Part shown: in pieces, positions 37,692-47,068 of the stretch
How the letters are laid out: the number at the start of each line of letters is the position of its first letter
How positions within the stretch are numbered: position 1 is the first letter of the stretch
Origin: an uncultured virus (IMG/VR IMGVR_UViG_3300042517_001086)
Lineage: Duplodnaviria > Heunggongvirae > Uroviricota > Caudoviricetes
Direction: 5' to 3' (one strand)
DNA: 64,000 bases
Virus record (IMG/VR): IMGVR_UViG_3300042517_001086
Position numbers and translations under genes: made by a program
Notes under the pieces: model-generated
What the model saw: only the letters and a program-made list of their open reading frames with translations
What the model was told of the DNA's origin: nothing
Databases searched by the model: none

Positions 37692-38323
37692 AGTTTACCA
37701 ATCCAATTATTTAAAAATTGATTTATAACCCTTGTTCTATTGTGTAGATAAATTCCCCAGTATTTATTATTTTTTTGTGATTCCTCCAAAGAAAACTCTG
37801 GCATACTTTGGGAAAGATCATATGTCCGAATATCCAAGTTTTTTTCCTCTTCTATCGTACTTTTACATAAATTACAGTTTAGTATAAGATGCATTTCAAA
37901 TTTAAGCTTGGGATTTTTTCTAGTTAAAAATTGATAAATGTTTTTTGACAACTTTATTTCATCTAGTTGCTCTGGTGTTGGCTTTGTTTTTAAAGAGGAA
38001 CAATCAAAATGATGGTTAGAAGAATGGCCCAGCCTAATGAAAAGTAACTCATCGTTAACGGAATCTATTAATTGAAACAATCTCTCAATTCTTCTTTCAT
38101 ATTTTGTAATGTCTTTAGGAAAAGAATCATGCATAAAGCGAATATAGTCGGTAGAACTTTCTCCATCGTTAGGGAAAAAATTATCGAACTTATTTTCCAA
38201 TAAAATATCTATTCCATAGTAAGAAACTACCCAATCAAAAGGATACGCTTCTTGTCTTATATTTTTATCTTTAAAATAACTGGCTAAAGAACAGTCTACG
38301 CCTAAAGATACTATGTGTTTCAT
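37688..38323 (-). CDS. DUF1796 putative papain-like cysteine peptidase
   Basis: VSLGVDC, R.EAYPFDW, FMHD, KYERRIER and LFIR. Confidence 0.75.
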   Translation of the reverse strand: MKHIVSLGVDCSLASYFKDKNIRQEAYPFDWVVSYYGIDILLENKFDNFFPNDGESSTDYIRFMHDSFPKDITKYERRIERLFQLIDSVNDELLFIRLGHSSNHHFDCSSLKTKPTPEQLDEIKLSKNIYQFLTRKNPKLKFEMHLILNCNLCKSTIEEEKNLDIRTYDLSQSMPEFSLEESQKNNKYWGIYLHNRTRVINQFLNNWIGKL

Positions 38324-38337
38324 TTATAAATACCTGC

Positions 38338-38598
38338 TTAAGCTGGTGGTGCTGGTAGGGCCGTTCTTGTACAATTGCCACCCTCATTAACAAAACAATA
38401 CGCATCACCATTACTAAAAACAGTAAAACCTAACATCTGAGCCACGGTCTTAAATTCTTCTGAAACATCCTCATACTTGGTGGGACGATAAACAACCGCA
38501 CCATTCATCCCAAGAAAAGTAAGATATCTTCTCACTGTATAACTAGTATCTTTTGGGATCTTAAAACCATCACTCTTGGTATATTCATCTTCTGTCAT
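38338..38598 (-). CDS. Hypothetical protein
   Basis: 86-aa ORF, ATGA-coupled. Confidence 0.55.
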   Translation of the reverse strand: MTEDEYTKSDGFKIPKDTSYTVRRYLTFLGMNGAVVYRPTKYEDVSEEFKTVAQMLGFTVFSNGDAYCFVNEGGNCTRTALPAPPA

Positions 38599-39650
38599 AA
38601 AACTTCCTTTGGTAATAGGCTTACATAATAGCTTTTAAATTGTTCTTTAAAAGAATCACACTGCCCTAGCGCCGACAAGAAAGACTCAAGCATTCCTTGT
38701 TTATTTTTTGGATTGGTATTTTTTTGCCACCATTTCCATGCGTTCAAAGAAATGAAATCATAAAACTCTCTATCTTGAAGCTTAGCATATGCGTCTACAA
38801 AAGACGACGGGCTTTGTAAATCAAATGCCACATAATGATAATCAGGAATCAGCGGGTCGGCATATCCGATCTCAAACTTGGGAGATATACACGGAATACA
38901 TTGGGCAAAATATTCATATTCTCTGTAGCAGGCGAGTCCCAGGCCGGGAAGAGTTAATCCTATTCTAGATCTAGATAGTTTTTCTTGGTAGTCTTGATAC
39001 ATTTTTTGAATAATAATATCTGCATAAACCAAGCCCTCAATACCTTTTGTTAAACCAAAAGGAACTGAACATAGACCAATATAAGACATCGGAGGAAAAT
39101 ATTTTTCAAGTAATCTGCAACTCTCTGAGCGTACCATACCAGTATCTCTATTTGTTCTATCTGTTCCAGTGAATATTAAGTTTATATCTTTGTCAAAATT
39201 AGAAATCCAATTTTCACATGGCTTTGTTTTCCATCTTCCATATTCCCAGGCGTGTCCAACCCATGGTACAACCTTATGTCTACAGCCTCCTAAAGTTTTA
39301 CTTTTTTCATCATTGTCAATTCCTATACCTTTGTTATTATAAAAGCCTTCTTTCTCTCTATACGCATATTTAACAATAAACCAAGCATCAAAGTCATTTA
39401 TAGCCGGAGTAATATAAGAAGTCTCTCTTTCATCTATTACAATAGGTTTACATCCCTCTATTCTGATAATAGTATAATGTTGACCGTGTGGATTCCCAAA
39501 TTGTTCTTTTACGCATGGTCTGGAGTTGAGAGAGATTTTCCAGTCTAGTTTTGACTCTAGTTCTTTAAAAAGTATACGGTACATCCAATCTACATAAGGG
39601 AAAAAAGTATTCTCTGCTGATCCCCTCATTGCTTGAATAGTAACGTTCAT
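38595..39650 (-). CDS. GT-B glycosyltransferase-like protein
   Basis: FTG...R, LSRSRIGLTLPGLG..CYREYE and LIPDYHYV. Confidence 0.7.
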   Translation of the reverse strand: MNVTIQAMRGSAENTFFPYVDWMYRILFKELESKLDWKISLNSRPCVKEQFGNPHGQHYTIIRIEGCKPIVIDERETSYITPAINDFDAWFIVKYAYREKEGFYNNKGIGIDNDEKSKTLGGCRHKVVPWVGHAWEYGRWKTKPCENWISNFDKDINLIFTGTDRTNRDTGMVRSESCRLLEKYFPPMSYIGLCSVPFGLTKGIEGLVYADIIIQKMYQDYQEKLSRSRIGLTLPGLGLACYREYEYFAQCIPCISPKFEIGYADPLIPDYHYVAFDLQSPSSFVDAYAKLQDREFYDFISLNAWKWWQKNTNPKNKQGMLESFLSALGQCDSFKEQFKSYYVSLLPKEVL

Positions 39651-40372
39651 TTAGTAATCTCCTTCAGAATACCAGTTTTATAGTATTCTCTAATAGCTTG
39701 GGCATAATCAGCCTTAGGAGGATCTCCTCCTTTATAATATTTATTTCTTAGGTCAATGGGGTGCCATTGATGATAAAGGTCTGTGTCTGTTTCTCGAAAC
39801 ACTTTTAATCCATTTTTAATACAATTGTAAAGGAATATAGTATCTTCTCCACCCCAACAATTCATAGAAATCCAAGGTGGCAACTTCAATAGATCTTTAT
39901 GCCTAATCCATAAGTTACCCACACTCTCTAAAACCTTATGTCCATTCAACCCATCTTCTGCCAAAAAATATGGAGCAAAAAACCCGACAGCATTGTCCGT
40001 GTTAAATCTAGCCTCTATACGCTCAATAAAAGACTTTGTTACTATCACATCAACATCTAAATAGACTAAAAAGTCATCTTCAGTAAACAAATCACGAGAA
40101 TAATTTAGACCCTCCCCCTTATCAAAAAATTCCGAATTTGTTTGAATTATCTCATAGTCTAGTTTGTCTTTTAATTTATTGGGCATCCAGTCGTATAAAG
40201 GATAGTCGTCAGAATGAAAATCATAAACATAAAGCTTATAATTAAATGAAGAGCTTGAGATAGCATTTATTATAGAATCTATACAATTAGGATAAAGATA
40301 CAGCGTTTGCTGCCCATCTATTATCTTAGATCTATTTTTAATAACTTGAAATATATTAATAGTCTGTGTCAT
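39647..40372 (-). CDS. GT2/GT7-like glycosyltransferase
   Basis: DFHSDD, FDKGEGLN, YLDVD, WGGED and HQWH. Confidence 0.8.
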   Translation of the reverse strand: MTQTINIFQVIKNRSKIIDGQQTLYLYPNCIDSIINAISSSSFNYKLYVYDFHSDDYPLYDWMPNKLKDKLDYEIIQTNSEFFDKGEGLNYSRDLFTEDDFLVYLDVDVIVTKSFIERIEARFNTDNAVGFFAPYFLAEDGLNGHKVLESVGNLWIRHKDLLKLPPWISMNCWGGEDTIFLYNCIKNGLKVFRETDTDLYHQWHPIDLRNKYYKGGDPPKADYAQAIREYYKTGILKEITK

Positions 40373-40375
40373 AAA

Positions 40376-40624
40376 TTACCAATTATAACGAACCCAACTA
40401 CCAAGAAAATCTGAGGTTTTATTTTTGATACTTTCAATTTCATTTAATAGCGTTGATTCTACTCTTTCAATCTTTAATATCTTTTCTACTAATTCGCCAT
40501 TCTGTGTTTCTAGTCTCATTATGACCTGAAAACACAAAGAAAGCATCCTTTGGATTTCAGCATCCTGTTCTGTATTATTTGTTGGCTTATAATTTTCTAA
40601 TAACTTTTTTATATCTTCGTACAT
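40376..40624 (-). CDS. Small coiled-coil hypothetical protein
   Basis: 82-aa ORF with AAGGAG RBS. Confidence 0.6.
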   Translation of the reverse strand: MYEDIKKLLENYKPTNNTEQDAEIQRMLSLCFQVIMRLETQNGELVEKILKIERVESTLLNEIESIKNKTSDFLGSWVRYNW

Positions 40625-40634
40625 AATTGACTCC

Positions 40635-41822
40635 TTAATGTAAAACGCTTATTTCGGATAAACAAAGTTCTGAACATGGTCTATTTTTTGTATACAAAAT
40701 AAATTTGATAGAGGAAAGCATAGTGTCTTCTGAGCAACTAATATAATCTTTAATATTAATAGAGTATGATGATACAAAATCTGTTTTGAATGGTATTCTT
40801 ATTCGTTGAGTTTTTTGTTCTGTTTCATCATTAATAAATGTTAGCTCTAAATCAGTAGGTATTTCTTGTTCTGACATCCATCCTTTGATAATAATTTGGT
40901 CACTGTTTTTAATTAAAACATTGGTCTCTATATAAAAAATAGTCCAATCATATATTCCTGTTGTATTGCAGGATAGATATTTTGTGCCGCTGTGGTCTTC
41001 TTTGATAAGAAGTTTTTTATAATCAGAGTTGACTACAAAAGAGTCCTTATAATAGCCACATGGATAAAATCCGTTTCCAAAAAAAACAGTTTTATCGCTA
41101 TCCGGGGTGGGATATTTGGGCGACGGAAATAATAGTTCACACCTATGAATAAGAGTATTTCTTCTATCTGTGAAATTTGGTCTTGTTGAAATTTTAGAAT
41201 CTATTTTAGCAGGAAGCTCAATGTATCCGTCTTTATCTGGGATTGGTAGGACCAGAGGTTTTTTACCAGATAGGTGGGTTGTTATATAACTAAATACAAT
41301 ATCTTCTCCATTCAAATTAGTGTTGACATCATAAAAAACAACATCAGACAATTTACAATATTCAACAGCATATAGCTTATCGAAGCATGTCGTTCTAGTG
41401 AGAACAACATCTACTTCTGTTGGTTCTTTAACATTCTCTATTCTTCCTGGCCCCGGAGCACAGGTATATAATCCATTTTGAGGAATACGTCCTTCATAAG
41501 TATAAATTCTAGAATAGTCTCTTTCAAAGTGATTAATTAGGTTTTTTATATTTTTTTCCGATAATAAGATATCGTCATCGTTTACTATAACACATCTATT
41601 AGACGCTAAAAGAGCACCGATAAATCTAGTATTTAATCCAAAATCACTATTACAATTAATGGTTTTAACTTTGGATAAATTTAAATTAGAGACATAAAAA
41701 AACGAATTATTATTCCAAACAATTATTTCTTTAACGCAACTATACTCTTGATATGCGGATAAAATAGTATTAATATTTTCAGGTCTATCCCAAGACATCA
41801 TAACTATTGAACACTGTGTCAT
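40635..41822 (-). CDS. GT64/EXTL2-like glycosyltransferase plus C-terminal beta-rich domain
   Basis: EIIVWNN, LNTRF, NDDDI, VVLT and NGEDI. Confidence 0.7.
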   Translation of the reverse strand: MTQCSIVMMSWDRPENINTILSAYQEYSCVKEIIVWNNNSFFYVSNLNLSKVKTINCNSDFGLNTRFIGALLASNRCVIVNDDDILLSEKNIKNLINHFERDYSRIYTYEGRIPQNGLYTCAPGPGRIENVKEPTEVDVVLTRTTCFDKLYAVEYCKLSDVVFYDVNTNLNGEDIVFSYITTHLSGKKPLVLPIPDKDGYIELPAKIDSKISTRPNFTDRRNTLIHRCELLFPSPKYPTPDSDKTVFFGNGFYPCGYYKDSFVVNSDYKKLLIKEDHSGTKYLSCNTTGIYDWTIFYIETNVLIKNSDQIIIKGWMSEQEIPTDLELTFINDETEQKTQRIRIPFKTDFVSSYSINIKDYISCSEDTMLSSIKFILYTKNRPCSELCLSEISVLH

Positions 41823-42649
41823 TATGAAGAGACCTTTTCTTCTACTATGAGAGGACTATTAAATAGAATATTTTTATTTTTCCCCCAGTAATGCACTATT
41901 TTACATGTGGTGGAAGGGTCGTTTTTAAGAGTAGTTTGTAGTTTGTTTTCTTTATTTCTGTACCATTCATTTATCATAGATCCGGCCGTGTTGTGGTCAA
42001 TAGTGAAGTTTTTGTGTGAGTAGTCATATTTGATGTGGTCTAAATAGCTTTTGATTATAGACTGATCAGTTCCCGGTATAATTTGATTAGAATTATGAAA
42101 CCTAGGAATAAAATTGATAGACATAGCAAATCTATAAATTTTATCCCAGTTATATATTAGATGTTTTGGATCATTCATAATGAACACACCAGAATTAATA
42201 AACGGAGGTAGAAAAATTGTTTCTGCTGGTATGTTTGGTTCATGGTCCAAGAAAAAAATTTGATCTTTGGTGGTTTCAAAAATACTGTTTAACTTGTCTA
42301 TTGATCCTACTATAAATGCATCACAATCCATAAACAAAAAAGGAAAATTAATTTGAGTAGTATTATATAGTTTAAATAAGAAGTTATGGTTAGAAATTAC
42401 CATGTGTGCTTCGCAACCAAAATGAATACTTTCTGTGTGAGCAAATTTTTTGACTATCACAGATTTAAAAACACAGGTATCAGAAGATAGTATGGATTTT
42501 TTGAGACCATCTGGAAGAGGTTTAAAACTATAAATATATACTGTGTCATATTTAGATAGCCATATTTTACATTGTTTGATCCAAGTGTAACATAGGTCAA
42601 AACTTTGTTTTTTTGACCAGTCATAGTTCATAATTGTAACAATATTCAT
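41822..42649 (-). CDS. GT8-like glycosyltransferase
   Basis: FMDCD, INSGVF, TDQS and IVHYWG.K. Confidence 0.75.
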   Translation of the reverse strand: MNIVTIMNYDWSKKQSFDLCYTWIKQCKIWLSKYDTVYIYSFKPLPDGLKKSILSSDTCVFKSVIVKKFAHTESIHFGCEAHMVISNHNFLFKLYNTTQINFPFLFMDCDAFIVGSIDKLNSIFETTKDQIFFLDHEPNIPAETIFLPPFINSGVFIMNDPKHLIYNWDKIYRFAMSINFIPRFHNSNQIIPGTDQSIIKSYLDHIKYDYSHKNFTIDHNTAGSMINEWYRNKENKLQTTLKNDPSTTCKIVHYWGKNKNILFNSPLIVEEKVSS

Positions 42650-44547
42650 TTTTCTGTACTTTCTTTGGCCGGTGCCGAGTCCTTATTTTTAGCAGATGTC
42701 CAGCCCTTATGGAAAAGTATAGCTTCTGGATATTTTTTAATCAATCCCTTTTTACTTAAAAAGCTATCTTTTACAAATTCATGATATTCAGGATTATTTT
42801 GTTTATTTACACACCACCAAGAAGGGTAAAAATATTTATGATTTAATATATTGACACTAATATCTGATTGCAAAGAATCAAACACAGACTGAACAAAATC
42901 TGGCCCAGTTGCCGCTACAACTCCATGTTTTCTATTATTATCATATGAAATTCTCATTTGACCAATAAGATAAGCTATAATTGGATTCTGTATTGTTGCA
43001 CCAAAAACCCCATTGGCACACCGTGTTGTGTTCTCATTTAAATATCCTTTGCCTATTTTTTTTCCTGTTTTTTCATAAGCAATTAGTATTCCGTAAGATG
43101 TTAGGTGCTGGATACTCAATAAAGATTTATCACCTAACCATATAGTATCAGAATCTATAAAAATACCACCAAACTGATTTAAGATTTCTACTCTAGCAAT
43201 ATCGGACTTACAATCGTATTGTGTTTCTTTGTCAAAAAGATCCCTATTGATCATCTTGAGATTCTTCAACTTTGCATCATCCCATAAAATATATCTAAAA
43301 CCAGGATACTGTTTCATATAATCTACAGAAAAAGTTTTCATCATCTTTTTAATTGGTATGGGTATTGGTCCACCGATCCATATTTGATGAATAACAGGAG
43401 GAATAGTCCATCTAAAATCTCTGAAATAGTTTTTAGCAAAGCCTACGAACTCTGTTTTATCCATGTTGGCTACAGTTTTATCCATCTGTTCTATAGCATA
43501 TATATCCATTGAGCTAATAGGGTCATCGTATCTAGTCTCTGGTGCTAGCCAAAAGTTAGGCCAGTTTTTGTTTCTTTTGGCCAGCATAAATTCTTTAGGA
43601 ATATTATGACAAGACGGTAGTGGTTCTACTCCTGGAATATCAAACTGTATTTTTTTTCTAATCTTATAAATAGTCCTGTCTTTAGATCCATAGGATAAGC
43701 TTTTTAGATAAGTTGTGTCGTTAGACATATTTAAGTGATCGGGTATATTATGCTTAATAATTTCTTGATCAACTCTAACCATCTTTCCTAATTTAAACGC
43801 TATCTGACTAAATTCATCATCACAATAGTATCCAGTGTAACAGGGGTTGTATATGGGTTTAATTTGATTATAAAGTTTATTGCCGATAATTGCTAAGGTA
43901 TTAGTTTTTTTATTATCTCCTGTATCAAACCATAATACTCCGTCTAATCCTGGAAAATGTTTAATCATATTATCGATAATAATTTGATCATATCCATATT
44001 TTGTTACTATCATGTCATCAGAAGATAATATTAGTATATCAAATTGAACATGATCTATATGTAGATTGTACGCTTCTATTTTTGATCTGGTGTCCGCATA
44101 ACAAATAGTCAGATTATCATAAGAATTTAATTTAGCAATAATTTTAGGATTATTCGTTAAAATATCATTATTGTCAACAGTAACAATAAAATGAATATTA
44201 TCTTTATTTTGAGCATTCTCTGAAAAAGACTTAATAGAATCTAATAACTGTTTTGGTCTACTAAGAGTTGGAATTTTAATCAATATTTTTTTATTGATAC
44301 TAGATAATATTTCTGCATACTGGTCAGCATCTGTTTCTATTACCCTTGACCGAGCAAAGATCCTTTTTTCTCTATTTCCAAAGAATAGAAAATGCTCAAT
44401 AGCACTTTTCTCGTTGTTTATTCCTGCTAGATTTAAATCTTGATTTTGCTCTAAATAATACTGCCAGTCAAAATTTTTAGGAAGTAGATGTATATATTTT
44501 TGCACCTCTTTTTCTATGAGATGACTACTGATCCACTTATGAGTCAT
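42646..44547 (-). CDS. Multidomain glycosyltransferase (FDW..Y module + GT2-like + GT32-like)
   Basis: FDWQYY..N.DL...EHF..G.RE.R; PTLSRP, SDDM, YCDDEF; IPPVIHQIWIG, SDIAR.EIL..FGGIFIDSD, ATGP. Confidence 0.85.
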   Translation of the reverse strand: MTHKWISSHLIEKEVQKYIHLLPKNFDWQYYLEQNQDLNLAGINNEKSAIEHFLFFGNREKRIFARSRVIETDADQYAEILSSINKKILIKIPTLSRPKQLLDSIKSFSENAQNKDNIHFIVTVDNNDILTNNPKIIAKLNSYDNLTICYADTRSKIEAYNLHIDHVQFDILILSSDDMIVTKYGYDQIIIDNMIKHFPGLDGVLWFDTGDNKKTNTLAIIGNKLYNQIKPIYNPCYTGYYCDDEFSQIAFKLGKMVRVDQEIIKHNIPDHLNMSNDTTYLKSLSYGSKDRTIYKIRKKIQFDIPGVEPLPSCHNIPKEFMLAKRNKNWPNFWLAPETRYDDPISSMDIYAIEQMDKTVANMDKTEFVGFAKNYFRDFRWTIPPVIHQIWIGGPIPIPIKKMMKTFSVDYMKQYPGFRYILWDDAKLKNLKMINRDLFDKETQYDCKSDIARVEILNQFGGIFIDSDTIWLGDKSLLSIQHLTSYGILIAYEKTGKKIGKGYLNENTTRCANGVFGATIQNPIIAYLIGQMRISYDNNRKHGVVAATGPDFVQSVFDSLQSDISVNILNHKYFYPSWWCVNKQNNPEYHEFVKDSFLSKKGLIKKYPEAILFHKGWTSAKNKDSAPAKESTEK

Positions 44548-45467
44548 GATCCTATATATGTATTATTGGCTATTTTTACATATTTTCTAGTGTGTGGTTT
44601 GGTTAAATGATTCCAAACTATAGTAAATGTGCCCTCATCTCTATGCAATAGTCTACCTCTTACTTGAATATCCTCTTCTAAAAAAACATATCCACTATTT
44701 GTTATAGACAAATGCAGTTTATTCGTTGGAGATTTGGTATTTATTACACGAATAGTTTGATATTTTGCATAGTCTGTTAGTAAACCGTAGTGCTCACATA
44801 TATAGCCAAATATTCTTTCTAGACTATGAGAGTATGTAGCTCCTTTATTGTCTCTGACATATCCGACTTCTTGTCTCAGAAGGGGATCTAGATAACTTAT
44901 AGAGCCCTTATTTAAAAAATTGTTGTACAGACTACTTTTACCCATAAACATAGTACCAGCAGCGAACACTCTATTTTTTATGCTCTCTTTGGGTATTTGA
45001 TAATATTGTAGGATCTCATCAATTTTGTTAGAGTTTGGACCCTCTTGATTTTTGAAGAGCAGAGCACGATGGCTAATTAAGCCAATTTTTTCGTGTTTTT
45101 GTAATCGATTAATGTTAGTATAAAAATTATTTCCATTATTTCCTATTAAAGAATGAAGAAGAACTTTTCTCCACTCTATTTTATTCATTAGTATACTTTT
45201 TTTAGAATGAATTTTTAGAAATATATCTTGTTTACAAGAATTATTAACAAAATCATTAATGAACGATAGAATATCAGCACCGGCATTAGGATAGTGACTG
45301 ATTTTTAGATGTGGAAAGCCGCGTTCTGCTAAATAAATTACTTCTTTAGTCTGAGTATCATGGCATAGTCCAAGATGAAGAACAATATTTTCTTTTATTG
45401 GAGACAACAGACTATAAAATTCATCCCATAAATCTATATGATACAGCCACAGATAAACATCGACCAT
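44544..45467 (-). CDS. Rhamnan synthesis F (RgpF)-like protein
   Basis: YHIDLW.EF, NAGADI, LKIHSKKS, WR..L, FAAGTMF and HSLER. Confidence 0.8.
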   Translation of the reverse strand: MVDVYLWLYHIDLWDEFYSLLSPIKENIVLHLGLCHDTQTKEVIYLAERGFPHLKISHYPNAGADILSFINDFVNNSCKQDIFLKIHSKKSILMNKIEWRKVLLHSLIGNNGNNFYTNINRLQKHEKIGLISHRALLFKNQEGPNSNKIDEILQYYQIPKESIKNRVFAAGTMFMGKSSLYNNFLNKGSISYLDPLLRQEVGYVRDNKGATYSHSLERIFGYICEHYGLLTDYAKYQTIRVINTKSPTNKLHLSITNSGYVFLEEDIQVRGRLLHRDEGTFTIVWNHLTKPHTRKYVKIANNTYIGS

Positions 45468-45476
45468 AAGGAAATA

Positions 45477-45734
45477 CTATTTACTAGTCGTAATTTTATT
45501 ATAAAGCACAAGAGATAATGTCGCACCAGCAACACCCATAAAAATACCTGCTGGACTTAGGCTACTATATTGACCAATCATATATAATATGGCTCCGCCC
45601 ATGTAAGATCCTGCAACTCCTAGAGCTACGGTTTTAACAAAGCCGAAATTTTCTTCGCCAGGAACTAGGCTCTTAGCGATAGATCCAACGAATAAACCAT
45701 AGACACACCATACTAATATATTAAACATTGGCAT
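45477..45734 (-). CDS. GlsB/YeaQ/YmgE (transglycosylase-associated) membrane protein
   Basis: GLFVGSIAKSLVPG...LGVAGSYMGG; three hydrophobic segments. Confidence 0.85.
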   Translation of the reverse strand: MPMFNILVWCVYGLFVGSIAKSLVPGEENFGFVKTVALGVAGSYMGGAILYMIGQYSSLSPAGIFMGVAGATLSLVLYNKITTSK

Positions 45735-46170
45735 TCTCCACTAGTGTTTGAATCTCATCATCCGTGAGAATTTCTCCTGTTTCTAACAAAGCATCCAGAA
45801 TACTTAATGAGTATTTATTATAATCTTCTTTGTTCATTTCTCTACGAAGAATTTTTTTAATTCTCATTTTAGTAAACCAACCTTTTCTTGAACTAAAGGT
45901 TTTTATTTGTTCACCATACATTGAATATTTATCTTGTGCTGTAGATTGGGAGGTTAGTTTATTCTTATTACATTCTTGTAGTATTCTTACACATGTTAGT
46001 ATTATGCTTATCATCATTAAAATAGTAACAATAGCAAATCCGTACATATCGTCTTTAGGTACAGTAGACTTTTCTAAAATTTTAATAGCTATAGCTTTGA
46101 GTTTTTCATTATCAGCCATAGTATTTATCTCCTTGGTGTTTTGGGAATTGGACAGTTTCCGTCTGGGCAA
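45721..46170 (-). CDS. Single-TM hypothetical protein (probable start MADNEKLK)
   Basis: TM segment FAIVTILMMISIILTCV. Confidence 0.65.
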   Translation of the reverse strand: MPRRKLSNSQNTKEINTMADNEKLKAIAIKILEKSTVPKDDMYGFAIVTILMMISIILTCVRILQECNKNKLTSQSTAQDKYSMYGEQIKTFSSRKGWFTKMRIKKILRREMNKEDYNKYSLSILDALLETGEILTDDEIQTLVENANV

Positions 46171-46484
46171 TTTATTGGAGCTGAGTATATCTTGATTGGA
46201 GGAGCTGATGGAGTAATTGATTTGATTGGTCCCACAGAAAGAGAACCTTTATCAATTTCACAATATGTGCAATCAATTTTAAGAATACCATCACCACTCA
46301 TATACCAACCCTTACCCTTGCAAATTGGACAATCTTTTCTTTTATACTTTTGGGTGACTTCCTGTACATGCTTGGCTTTAATAATGCCTCCAGCAAGAGT
46401 CACAGGGGCTGTTGTGGAGCCATAGTAACTAGACTCAGCAAACAACAAACTAACACAGAATAAACCAACAAATAATTTATTCAT
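46125..46484 (-). CDS. Secreted Cys-rich protein
   Basis: Signal peptide, CPICKGKG...CTYC and CPDGNCP. Confidence 0.7.
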   Translation of the reverse strand: MNKLFVGLFCVSLLFAESSYYGSTTAPVTLAGGIIKAKHVQEVTQKYKRKDCPICKGKGWYMSGDGILKIDCTYCEIDKGSLSVGPIKSITPSAPPIKIYSAPINCPDGNCPIPKTPRR

Positions 46485-46485
46485 T

Positions 46486-46668
46486 TTATTTTCTCCATGG
46501 AAGAATATTGTCTACCAAATCTCTTAAAGGTTTTTTTGGTTTTGGCTTAACAGGACCATCTGGCTTATTCTCAGGAGAATTTTTATTAAATATCTTGATA
46601 ATAGCCAAAATAAAATTTAGAAGCATTTGTATTGCTCTATTTAGAGCTATTCTATCTATTAATCTCAT
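46486..46668 (-). CDS. Small membrane-associated protein
   Basis: 60 aa with a hydrophobic helix and a Pro/Lys tail. Confidence 0.6.
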   Translation of the reverse strand: MRLIDRIALNRAIQMLLNFILAIIKIFNKNSPENKPDGPVKPKPKKPLRDLVDNILPWRK

Positions 46669-46706
46669 AGAAATAATCTCTGTAGAAAGGAAGGATTATA
46701 GTATAA

Positions 46707-46744
46707 ATACACCAATTATAATTTAGTTTGTTTTTTAGGTGTAT
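46707..46744. promoter_or_regulatory. Back-to-back GGTGTAT motifs (candidate divergent promoters)
   Basis: Minus-strand GGTGTATTTATACTATAAT at 46713 and plus-strand GGTGTATCCTTTATTATGAT at 46738. Confidence 0.6.
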
Positions 46745-46773
46745 CCTTTATTATGATACATTCAACCCTCTAA

Positions 46774-46986
46774 TTGGGGGTAACTTCTAATGTAAATTTT
46801 AAAAAGGCTAACTTTATGACATATGATAATGATGGACCGATTTATAGTGTTTTGAATGGGAAACCGTGTTATTGCTGCAATTCGTGGGGGACCTGCGACA
46901 ATTTTGGAGAGGCTATGTGTGCCAATATTGATGGCATATGCTACGGCGACTTCGAAACTTGTTGGGCCAATTTAGGAGATTGCTAA
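46774..46986 (+). CDS. Small Cys-rich protein, the only plausible plus-strand gene (ATG at 46816 likely)
   Basis: Occupies an otherwise empty gap; CYCCNSWGTC...C...GICYGD..TC; GGTGTAT and AAAGG upstream. Confidence 0.6.
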   Translation: MGVTSNVNFKKANFMTYDNDGPIYSVLNGKPCYCCNSWGTCDNFGEAMCANIDGICYGDFETCWANLGDC

Positions 46987-47068
46987 AATCTATCCTGGAT
47001 ATAATCTTTGATTATGTCGTAGATAAATCCGCCCCATAGTATTATTACTCCTGTGGCGGTCAGTTTTC

